64,000 nt of DNA from Camelus dromedarius (taxonomy: Eukaryota), in assembly GCF_036321535.1 (NCBI RefSeq), contig NC_087436.1:91700001-91764000 (forward strand). Direction: 5' to 3'. The notes beneath the pieces are model-generated. The model was given only the letters and a program-made list of their open reading frames with translations. It was not told where the DNA came from and did not search any database. A program made the translations under genes and the position numbers. This document shows positions 11,676 through 23,009 of the stretch, in pieces; the stretch's first letter is position 1, and each line of letters begins with the position of its first letter.

Positions 11676-13872
11676 ATTAAGAGCTATACAATTAAGAGCT
11701 ATCTAGTCCGTCTTATTAAAAGCTCTACTTTCCAAAACGAAATCATTTCCTAAGCCAAGAACATTCTCTGCAGATGTTTCTAGTGGAGTTGAAGCACTAT
11801 TTCCTATACAGTACTTCCAGAAAAGATAAATCCAAAAGTATAAGCAATAACTCTTGATAGAACATCAATGTAGTTTTCATCATAGTAGGTACAAAGCAAA
11901 ACTGTAACAAATTCAAATATATAGGGACAATTTAAATCAAATTGATTAGCATTTGTGTATAATCAGTCACGGGCTTGAAATGCTTTTTAATCAGGTAATG
12001 ACTTCATTAAACATGGTTAATCACATACCACCTTGAACTCATTTTCTAAACATAGAATTAATTATTCAAATTACAGCAATTAAAACACACCAGTCAATGC
12101 CTGGATTCATTTTTAAAACTACAAGCTTGTCAAAAAAATCTACTCATCATTTGCACGAGTTGGAGTGTATATTGACTATCTAACTTAAGAAAGTAGACTT
12201 CTGAATCAAACAATACTATAGGAATAAAATATAGACAACCCTGGGAAATTATTTCTTAGCCAAGTCACATAACAGACTTAGAAAATTAAATAGGATGTAG
12301 AGAATATATTTGAATCTTGAAGGAAAAAAAAGCTCACTTAGTGTTTATACATAATTTATCATCCTTTTTTCAAATATGGCGTGCATGTTTATCAGAGGAC
12401 AATGCTCAATTCAGATAAAGTATAAATACATTTTGCTTACTCCACACAAAATCAACAGATATGTATAGAACAGCTCAATGAATGGTACTATGATAGGTAC
12501 ATCAGATAAACAAAAGAAATACAGCCTCCTTGAGAGATGTTGAATCCACCTTGGGATGCAAGATATAAAATGAGGAATGCTACAGATAACATGCAGTAAA
12601 CACAGTCAACAGGAAAAAAGGCTGTTGGGCTTCTGTTTTAACAGGTACACTTGGAAAACATATTTCCTTGTATGTCAACTGAAGAAATAAAACTGGATTC
12701 TGTTTTATCACACTCTCTACATGGCCACTTTTGACCAAGCTGGCGCTGAGTAGTTTATTTTCCTGAGTATGCTTATTTACGGACTCCCTAAGAAAAGGTT
12801 TTGCGTGGTCCAGTGAACATTTAGGAGATGGAATGGAGCATATTGCTTTAAATTTTCCCAGTAAATTTAAGAGATTTTTAGTTATAGCAATTTAAGAATA
12901 GTAATTACTTTGTACAATACATGCTTTTTAAAATAATTTGGCACGACTTAATTGTCCCATACTTAATTCAATATTATGACTACTAATGGTCCACATTATA
13001 ATAATATGTATCCAGAATTGTAACAAAAAAATTTCAAACTTTGTTTAAAAAGTGTTGGCATATCCATAGAGGCATCAAGGTACATCAGTAACTTTGACCT
13101 ATTCACTGAAACCCATTGTATCAAAATTTCATGTAAATAGAATTTTTGCAAGTTCACAGATCAAAGTGTTACACTGCATAATTCTTCACAATCTTGCTTT
13201 CATTAAAGTAATCTTTTCCTTACTAAAATGACCAAATATATAAGCAAAAAATGATCATATTTACTTCTGAAGAAGTGATAACTCTTCGTAACATCACGTG
13301 AAAGTGATAATAAAATATATAACTCATTTCTAAGGAACATCTAATTTTCATGTACTATTTGTAACATAGAAAAAAGGTTAGAAGCATCAGCATGTCCTCT
13401 ATTTATAGACACGAGCTATTCACACAATGTGCTTCAAAATGAACAGCTGTCACCAAAGAAGTAAGGCAAAAAATGATTATAATAATAATTTCAACTTCAT
13501 TCCATTTTTACCTTATAGCTCAACATCAGGTATGAATTTTCTGGCTCCCTGTGTCATTCTAAAGCTGTATTTACAACATATTGAAATAATATTATTGACC
13601 TAGTAATTTAGTTTAATGAGAATTATGCTTCATTTTCAGAAATTTATAAAATAACACTGAATAATTTTATTGGAAATTGTTTCTGAAATTACTTTATCCG
13701 TAATAACTCAACTAGAGGAAACAATACGAAAGAAAAGTTGCCCCTTCTTGCCCTGTAAAATGATATTTTAGTAAAGCTATCTGACATATGTCGATATTTT
13801 TTTTGAGACTAGACTATGATCACGATAAATGGTAACTCATACAAGCAATACATATTTAAATTCCACCCTGAA

Positions 13873-14041
13873 GAACTATATTCAATGGCTTGTAGTAACC
13901 TGTAGTGAGAAAGAATATGAAATAGAATATGTGAACATGCATATATATATATATATATATATAACTGAATCACTATGCTCTACCCCAGAAGCTAGCATAA
14001 CATTGTAAATCATCTATACTTCAATAAAAAACAGGGGAAAG
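13873..14041 (+). mobile_element. Severely 5'-truncated L1 3' end with TSD
   Basis: 'gaactatattcaat...aactgaatcactatgct...cattgtaaatcatctatacttcaataaaaaa'; flanks taaattccaccctgaa (13857-13872) and taagttctaccctgaa (14042-14057); internal (TA)n. Confidence 0.85.
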
Positions 14042-16389
14042 TAAGTTCTACCCTGAAAATTAGTAAGTTTTCATATATATGTTTGTCACACATAATAAAA
14101 ATACACTTTATTATGTACCCATTGAATATTGTTTAGCTGCAGAATTAGTGTCAGGAACTGAGTGTATCTTGGTGAATATAAATAATGTATTTCCAGATGC
14201 ATCATTCCCTTCACATCCATTTGAAAAGGAGTGACTGGCTTGGTAAATATTTATGGAATAGAATATAGCGATTTTCATTATTTACTTATTTCAATTTGAT
14301 TTCAGGAGAGTCTGTATTTTAAGGTTCAACTCAAATGCAGTCTCTTGCATGCAGCATTCCCTTTTCTGGTATCAAATCCAGTTTCTCCTCCTCTAAGTTT
14401 GCCAGAATACTTGGTCCCTTACTTATTAAATGGATCACTTTCATTTTTTCATTATGATTTTGAGCAATATTTTTCCCAGCAATGATTCAGATGCTGACAT
14501 TTCAACTCTGTTGTAGGAAGCATAAATTTTCAATGTCTTTTAAATCAGAAACACCACCATATTGATCCCACTCTTGGAAACAGGTGTGCAAACAACTAGG
14601 TAAAACAGAGTATGACTATGGTACAGTATATCCTGGGGACATATGCAGATTTCCTAGGTGGTGGTTGCGATGAAGAGGTCCCATCCCAAACAAAGGAGAT
14701 CTCACCTGTCCAGTCCGCATCATTCTTCTACTGGATGGAAGGATAGATAATAATTTAAAGAAATTTCATTGGTAGTCAAATCATGTGTTATCAGATGAAT
14801 CCAAAAGAGTTACAGAAATTTCTATACTGAAGGTGTAAGGGAGCTACATTTCAAGATATTGCAAAGCTTAGGAAACTTAATTGCATTCGTTTACATTTTC
14901 TTATTTTAAAATTCCTTAATTGAACATATTTCTCTGTTTTTCTTCTTTAGTCATCTCATAGTTCTTTTATTTCCCAGGTTTCTGTAATCAACAGTTATAA
15001 AATACTTATATTTACACAATGCCAACAGTCCATCGACATAAATTATACAGCACAATTAGTATGTCGGCAATCTACTATAAGCTAGAAGATAAGTTATGTT
15101 TTAAGAAAAAGTAATTTCCTTAGAATGTAAAATACAGACATTGTGCTAATAAAACTTTATAAAATACTCTTAGATATCATGTTCATTCATTTTAGGTGTA
15201 TGTACCTTAAAAATTATCAAGTGTATAAATGCAGCAGAATGTATGATACAAAATAACAATATGAAATTATAAATTTTAATAAAATACAAATCTTTTTTTT
15301 AAAGAAAAATGCTTCCCTTTTCTTGGATATAGTACCTACTGCTAAAATTTAAAATATTTTTTTTTAAATACGTGATTGAAAGCATCAAGGGCAATTGATA
15401 ATGACTTTACATCAAAAAGTCTAAGATAATACTCTGACAAGCATTGCCAATTCATTATCTCCCATTCTCTCAGACTGTGAGTTAAGATATACAAGAAAGA
15501 GCAGAGAGAAAAATGAAATACAGATTGGCTAGAATAAAATAATTAAGAATTTTTTTAACATTTAAAAATTAAGATTTGACATTGACAAATATACAGTAAT
15601 TTCACAAAGTTTGCCAGTGATTATTAATTAAGAGTGATCTTTCATCTTGTCTGTCAGCTTCCTCTACACTTATTAAAAAAATTTTTACACCCATTTGGTA
15701 CCATAGGGCATTATTGTCTAAATCCTCACTTGCTTTTTCCAGCAGTGTCAAAGACCTCTAATAACCGTAAAACTCAAAGAGCTTTGTTGTATTTGAATCA
15801 TTCCCAAAATTCTATGTCTCATTGAAACTGGCAAGTACCTCTTTAGGAAAAAAAAAAAAAAATCTGCTATACTTTTAGTAACTACATATTCGCATTCTAA
15901 ATTATAATTTAAAAAACCCAAAACCATACTTTTTAAATTTTAAAATAAGCTGTGTTTCATCTTAACGATAAAGTGAAGTGTTAGAGGCATTTCAAATGTT
16001 CCTTTCCTCTCTACACACTGGGGAAACATAAATGATTGTTTCATCTTTAGGGAATCATATTTGTGCATTAAAATTTTTTTCATCTTCAAATGTGTTTGAA
16101 TTATTGGGTTAAAAAACTCTATACATTTTCTAGAATTTTTTTCTCATGACTTTTGTCTTGCATGATAAAGTTTATTTTTGTTAGGTAAAGCAAAACTTTT
16201 TTACTCTACTAATTAGAAATTTTATCTATCGATGGCCACTTACTGAGATGAGAGTGTATTTTCTGCCTTTGGTGATGATTTAATAGAGGATATTATTCCA
16301 CTACATTTATTATTTTCAAGCTTTAGAGGGATTATGATGGTGTGCACTGACCTTTCCCTCCCTGATTTTGTGAACAATAAGTTAATATG

Positions 16390-16743
16390 TGCCTTAGCCT
16401 AAATTATGTCTTCCCAAAATTCATATGTTGGAGCACCTATCCCTAGTACTTCAGACTGTGACGATGTGGAGATAGGGCTTTTAAAGAGGTAATTAAATTA
16501 AAATGCAGTTGTTAGGGTAGGCCCTTATCCAACATGGTGTCCTTATAAGAAGAGGTTAGGATACAGACGAGAACATACAGAAACACCAAGCTGCCTACAA
16601 GCCAAGGGACAGATCTCAGAAGATACAATTCTGCCAACTCCTTGATCTCAATGTCTAGCCTCTAAAACTGTAAGAAAATGAATTTCTATTGTGTAAGCCA
16701 CTGCATTACATTGCTCTGGTAGCCCTGGCAGCAAACTAAAACA
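16390..16743 (+). mobile_element. MaLR solo LTR (MLT1A/B-like)
   Basis: 'cccaaaattcatatgttgg', 'ggtgtccttataagaagagg', 'ctagcctctaaaactgtaagaaaatgaatttctattg'. Confidence 0.85.
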
Positions 16744-17634
16744 AATGGGAAGAAGGGGAAAAAACTCTCTTTATTTAAATTTATTTACGGGAATAAGTGA
16801 ATGGAAAATCTCTTGGGCCACTCACTCATTCAAACAAGACAATAATGCACAGCATAATGGACCGTTGCAGATCTGATCAGGCAAGAAGTTAACGGATTCT
16901 AATAGGATCCTAGGACTTTAACAGAATCAGGTCTTACTCCTTGAATGACTCTTTTCTGGGTCAAAGGAGTGAAAAGTAAGTAATTCAGAAAAGTCATAAC
17001 TCTATTGAGAAACAGTCTAGAAGGAGAAAAAAGAATCCTAAAAAGGGAGTATTTAAAGATTTATATACATGAAAAATGTTCCTAAGGATTTTTTTGGGGG
17101 ATAAATAGGTGATCCACATAGAATGATAATAAAGCAAAACACCTCCGTTTTGCTCTGCCCACTTAAAAATACTCCTGCATTTTTATTTACGCTTTATTCT
17201 TTTCCTCTAAAAGGTCAATATAACGGAAAACACACTAAAAGTAATTCATATATAAATATCTTTAAACCTTAGGAGTTAAAAATACAATTTTAAAACCCAT
17301 TGTTCAATTTTTTTTTCAAAATCTTTTATTTGTTCTTTCATACTTATAATAAATTCACGATATTTGAATAAATTTATTATAGAATTGAGTTCAAGTTTGA
17401 CCTGTATTAATCACAAAGTTTTCAAATACTTAATGCTTCTATAATTTGGACAGAGTTTCAATAGAATCTTTACATAAGTTAAAATTAACAAGATATCACT
17501 GAAAGTGTTATAGGTCACAAAAATTCAATTATAAATGGAAGCTTGATTTAATAAAATGCTGAGCAACTGGATTTTACTTTAAATTTATAAACAGAGGATT
17601 TAGAATATTCCTAAAAATCACTGAATGATTTCAT

Positions 17635-17990
17635 AATTATCCAGGAAACAGAAATGACTCAAGGTATTTTAACCAAAAGAGATTTAATATAGGAAATGAC
17701 ATATTTGTAAAACTTATGAAAGGGTGACTGTTGACTAAAGCGGAATTAGGAAAGGTCAAAAATCACAGGATTCCACCACTGATGAATCAACTGCTACCAG
17801 CACTAAAACACATCACTTGAAGCTTCTGAAACACACAGACGTGCTGTCTTCCCAAATGTTTACCTACCACAGTCAGAGGAGAATAACGCATCCCCCTCTC
17901 TGTCTTTCAGATCTCATGCAGACGGCCTGCACTAGAGGAGAGAGCCTAGAACTTTGACAATGGGGCTGGAAAGCAACAATTTCCAGAATA
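17635..17990 (-). mobile_element. Old ERVL-type LTR remnant, family uncertain
   Basis: 'caggaaacagaaatgactcaaggtattttaaccaaaagagatttaatataggaa' resembles the reverse 3' end of ancient ERVL LTRs. Confidence 0.4.
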
Positions 17991-18261
17991 CTTATCAATA
18001 AATCTTAAAGAAGTATTGAGCCAAGGAGAAGTGTTTATCATAAAATACATTCTGTTTGAATTTTAATTTTATCGTGCCCCTTATTAGGAGAAACATAAGT
18101 GTTAGCTGACAGGGTATCCCAAAGTGTTCCAGTTACACAGGGCTATCCTTACTCATATTTAAATATAGCTAACTTGAGCCCTTATTTCAATGTAAGTTGG
18201 AAAACCAAGTTTTACCTCTACTATTTCAACATATGAGGGCAGGACTTATGTTTATGTATAC

Positions 18262-18358
18262 TTTTCTTAATTGAAGTATTGTTGATCTACAATGTTGTGT
18301 TAATTTCTGGTGTACAGCATAGTGATTCTGTTTTACATATACATATATTTCTTTTCTA
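18262..18358 (-). mobile_element. Very short L1 3' terminus
   Basis: 'ttaattgaagtattgttgatctacaatgttgtgttaatttctggtgtacagcatagtgattc'; possible TSD tttatgt(a/g)ta at 18251-18260 and 18359-18368. Confidence 0.8.
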
Positions 18359-18562
18359 TTTATGTGTAATTTTTAAACTTTTCATATGTATATTATTATG
18401 TATAAGCTTAGGGACATTTTAGGTATATTTATGTATATTATGTATGTTTACTTTTAAAGTGTAATTCATGTATATTTTAAAAATTTCATGTAAAATTTTG
18501 CCTGTATACTATACCCCTTAGTTCAAATTGCATTCTATCGTTATTGGTCCACAGAAGGCTCC

Positions 18563-18926
18563 TGTTAAAGACTGAACTGTGTCCCCCTAAAATTCATATG
18601 TTGACACTGTAGTCCTCAGTCTCACTATATTTGGGGATGAGCCCTCTAGGGAAGTAATTAAGATTAAATGTAGCCGTATCAGTGAGTCTCTAATCTGTTA
18701 AAACTGGTGTTAGAAAAGAGATTTCTTTCTGAAGGAGCATAGAGAAAAAAGGCCATATGGGGAAACACTGAGAAGGCGGCTGTCTACAAGACAAGAAGAT
18801 AATCTTCACCAGACACTGAATTTGCTTACAGATGTCTAGCCTCCAGAACTGTGAGAAAATTAATGTCCATTGTTTAAGCCACCCAATCTGTAATATTTTG
18901 TTATGGGAGCCCAAGCTTACTTATCT
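18563..18926 (+). mobile_element. MaLR solo LTR (MLT1A/B-like)
   Basis: 'actgaactgtgtccccctaaaattcatatgttga' to 'ctagcctccagaactgtgagaaa...tgtttaagccacccaatctg'. Confidence 0.85.
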
Positions 18927-18938
18927 AGTCTCTCTTTT

Positions 18939-19024
18939 TCCTTTTAACAGAGGTACTAGGGATCGAACCCAGTACTTCCAGCATGGTAAGTACATGCTCT
19001 ACCACTGAACTATACCCAGTCTCC
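18939..19024 (-). mobile_element. tRNA-derived SINE, camelid Vic-1-like
   Basis: Reverse complement 'gggtatagttcagtggtagagcatgtacttaccatgctggaagtactgggttcgatccctagtacctc' has pol III A and B boxes; exact 12-bp TSD agtctctctttt at 18927-18938 and 19025-19036. Confidence 0.88.
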
Positions 19025-19770
19025 AGTCTCTCTTTTATGTTTTGTGTTCTTTCAACTTTGATGAGTCATTTCCTATACCCTTTGTCTCCACAAACCACTT
19101 CTTCCCCTTTGCTTTCTAATCACTTGAGTGTGTTAAGTACATCTTTTATTCTATCGCAAACTTGAAAAATATAATTTTGCATGCATATATTATAACTTAC
19201 AGGAATGTTTTTGTTGTTCTATCTTATTACTCATTGCATGTTTTTTCACTTGGCACACTGTTCTTATGCCTTATCCATGGGGCTATGTGTAAATCTAATA
19301 CCTTGCTTGTAATTGCTGTAGACTGTTCCAAGGTCTGCTGCCAGCATGATTAATCTACCCATCTTCCAGAGGTGACCTGCATTCACTACGTCAAGACAAT
19401 GCCAAATAATTACTCAAGTATGTAATTGCTGTCTTTTACTCTGTTCTCAGGTTTCCTTCATTTATTTTGGCTTCTTTATCTTCCAAGACACTTTTCTCCA
19501 TGCCCTAATTATATCTTTTCTTACTTATTCCTAGACCCCCTTTTGAAGAGTCTTTGTGAGAAAACTAAAACTCTCAGATAAATTCAGCACTATTTATTAT
19601 ATTCTAGGCCATCCACAACATGCCTTGGGGCTTTGCCCCTAATACTAAAGGAATCAATTAATGCAGAAATTAGACTTCTTCTAAAAAACAAATTCAAGCA
19701 GTTGTGGTTTAAAATGGCATTTTCCCCTCTCTGTGTACTTAAATAACAAAATTTCAAATAACAAAATTTA

Positions 19771-20565
19771 GCAATATTAATTCTTCCAATCCAAGAATGC
19801 AGGATATATTTACAAATCATTTTCAACTTACTTCACCAACATTTTATAGTTTTCACAGGATAAGTCTTTCATCTCCTTGGTTAAGTCTTTCCTGGGTATT
19901 TTATTCTTTTTGATGTGACTATAAATGGGATTTTTCATTAATTTCTCTTTTTGATAGTTTATTATTAGTGTATAGAAAAGCAACTGATTTCTGTATATTA
20001 ATCTTATATTCTCTAAATTTACTGGATTCACTTGTTAGTTCTAATAGATTTTTGGTGGAGTCTAGAATTTTCTATATATAGCATCATGTCATCTGCAAAT
20101 AGTAACAGGTTTACTTCTCTCAATTTGGGTGAATGGAATTCTGCTATTTGCAACAACATGGATGGTTTAGTGAAATGAGTCAGATATAGAAAGACAAATA
20201 CCATATGACATCACTCATATATGGAATCTAAAAAAATAAAATGAATGTATATAACAAAACAGAAATAGACTCAAAGATATAGAGAACAATCTAGTGGTTA
20301 CCAGTGGGAAAAGGGGATGGGGAAGGGGACAGATAAAGGTATGGGATTAAGAGATACAAACCACTATGTATAAAATAAAGAAGCAACAAGGATACAGCAC
20401 AGGTACAGAACAGGAAACACAAAGAAATATAGCTATTATTTAGCAGTAACTTCAAAATAAACTGTATCTATAAAAATATTAAATTACTATGCTGTATACC
20501 TGAAACTAATATAAATCAACCATACTTCAATAAAGATTTTTTAATCAGCGCAAAAAATACTAATA
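19771..20565 (+). mobile_element. 5'-inverted (twin-primed) L1: inverted ORF2 piece (19771-~20125) plus sense 3'UTR (~20130-20535)
   Basis: Minus-strand ORF2 peptide (KDLTKEMKDLSCENYKML, HSWIGRINIAK) abuts sense 'tatttgcaacaacatggatgg...catacttcaataaag'; exact 15-bp TSD aaataacaaaattta at 19756-19770 and 20566-20580. Confidence 0.88.
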
Positions 20566-21514
20566 AAATAACAAAATTTAATTTAAATTTGAAATAACAA
20601 AAAGTGTTTTCAGACTCTACAGCATAAGAATATATTTTATTTTTACATTTTAACCTTTATCCTGTCCCAGCAGCACCAGTCCCATCCCCTAGGGCTTCCT
20701 CCATGAATTCAGCTTCAGCTGAATTCCACTGTGGGAGTAAAATAGACAGTTTTGGAGTCTTGTTTTATGTTTCAATCAAATAAGACAGCGTCATTTTAAG
20801 TAGGCATTGAAAATTCCAGACTTGACCTTCAATTAAAAGAACTCAAGGAGAGGCTCCTTATGCCTAACAGTCCAAAGCAGAAGACGACGGGCATTAGGAT
20901 TCCCTCCTGTCCATCACTTGCTATCGTACATCATCTCCCAGTAACAGCTGGTGACACACAGACACTGTGCCTCTAGGAAAGCTCTCTTTTCCCCCTTCCA
21001 TCTGTTTCAGTCCATTTACTTCAGAAATAAAACACTGTTTTACCGGTCTGTTTATATCTTATCCACAATGTGATTTAAATCCGTTCAGTTAGGGGAAGCA
21101 GATTTTGCATTTTGAGGCTAGTTTTACTATACAAATTAGCGGAACTTGAAGGTCTTCACAATTTGATGGTCAGAAAATTTTTATAGGGAGTATGGAAAAA
21201 TATGATGCTTATATTATCACAGAAAGTAAAACTAATATGTAAATGTGTATGAAAATAAAATAAAAAATGTATTTCTGAAGTTGAATTTAAACTTACATGA
21301 TCGATACTTTATGTTCACTAGAGAACAGTTCCACCGCTTTGGTTAGGAAATAGCAGTGGACATCAGTGTGTGTGGAAGCAACCACACCTTCCTTTACTGC
21401 TTCTTCCCACTTGTTCTGAATGTCCAGACTAGAAAGATATTAAGAGTTTTTACTTTTCTTTTCTTTTTTTTTTTTTTTAAATTGTAACCTCTTCTCCCAT
21501 GTTTGATGAAAATG

Positions 21515-21680
21515 CAAGCTCTGGAATCAAACTGCCAAACTCTGAAGCATGATCACTATTTTATGTGTGTCTTTGGGCTAATTATTCAATGTGTCTAAGT
21601 CTCAGTTTCTTCATCTGAAATACGGCACACCTACCTCATAGAGTTGTTAACAAAGATTAACTGCTCCTATCCTGCTGTAA
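21515..21680 (+). mobile_element. MIR SINE fragment
   Basis: 'gctctggaatcaaactgcc', 'ctcagtttcttcatctgaaa', 'cacctacctcatagagttgtt'. Confidence 0.75.
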
Positions 21681-22229
21681 GCATCCAACGCAAGCTAGTA
21701 TCAGTGTTGCAGAAATAATGAGATGGTCTTTTTGAATGAATCTCTTTGTTTTGGGTTTGAGGAAATGAAAATAATAAAATCTTATTCCTAATATGGATGT
21801 TTTTAGAATTACAGTGTTTACTCCTAAATTCATTATTACAACAAAGCTAATTTTGTCTAGTGGAGCATAAAATCAATGTTTATATTGATACTTTCTAATG
21901 CACTGCTGGTTTTTTTTTTTGTTGTTGTTTCTGATTTAGTGGATTTCTTTTATGTTTAATTTTTTAAAATTTTATAGTGCATATATTTTTTGCTTATTCT
22001 CAAGTAAATCTTTTTTGTATCCAGTATGGGAAATTAGAAAATGCATGTTAAATACATTCTTCTTTTCAGTTGCTTCAAGTTTAAGGTATTAATTTGTTCA
22101 TAAGGCAAGTAAACACATGAATCATAAGCTATTTCAAATGTGTTTATTAATTTCCCACTTTCTAGCAGTAAATGGGCTTTACCCATTGTTTGTCACACAC
22201 TGTTATGACAATTGTTACTCTGCTCGACT

Positions 22230-22560
22230 TTGAGCTGCAGACTGTCTACTCAAGTCACCATGCAGAAGTCTAATACAGATCTCAATATTAATTGCCAGAA
22301 TGAAACTATCAATTCTCCTTCTCCCAACAAAAGTCCCCAATTTGTCCTTCCCCAGCTCTCAATAATAGCACTATCATTCAGCCAGTTACTAGGCAAAACA
22401 AACAAAATACTTTATCTGTTTTCTTCAAACTTCACATCCAATCTGTCAGTAAGTCTAATAGGCAGTATATTAAAAATAAATTAAAATTCAAATTACTTGT
22501 CTCCATTTCCATCTCCATAAGCCACAATCACCTTTTGAATGGTCTACTATAGCGGCATTT
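22230..22560 (+). mobile_element. L2 fragment
   Basis: 'gagctgcagactgtctactc', 'tcattcagccagttactaggc', 'tcacatccaatctgtcagtaagtc'. Confidence 0.6.
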
Positions 22561-22824
22561 TGTATTAGTCAGAACTGGGCTGCTTTGCTTGTTTTTTGTT
22601 TTTCAGAGGGCAGGAAGTTAATTGATTTTGATTCTCTTAAAAACACATAATACATGAGGCCATTACAATTTTTAGTCTTTTCAAGCAGCACAAAAGTATT
22701 CAGAGAAAATGTGTAAGTTACCTCCTCTCACCCTGATCATGCCTTTACCTCTCTAGAGGAACCATAGTTAAATTTTTAATACATATCCCATAAAACTTTG
22801 ATTTTCTTTCCTATATACTTACAT

Positions 22825-23000
22825 CTGTGGTTCTTCACTAGAGTGATTTGCCTCCCAGGGGACATTTAATAATGTCTGAGGAACTTTCTGTTTTGTCATG
22901 ACTGACAAGGGTTATTATTGGCATCTTAGTGGGTAGAGGTCAGTGACATTGCAACGTCTACAGTGCACAAGACAACCCTCACAACGAATGATTATTTGGA
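22825..23000 (+). mobile_element. MER20 (hAT-Charlie) DNA transposon, partial
   Basis: 'gtggttcttcac...gatttgcctcccaggggacatttaataatgtctga...ggcatcttagtgggtagaggtcag...acagtgcacaagacaaccc'. Confidence 0.85.
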
Positions 23001-23009
23001 ATAGTTGAC

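Noticed and set aside
18939..19024. Possible functional tRNA gene
   Set aside because: It has a TSD, an A-rich tail and a degenerate cloverleaf, so it is a SINE.
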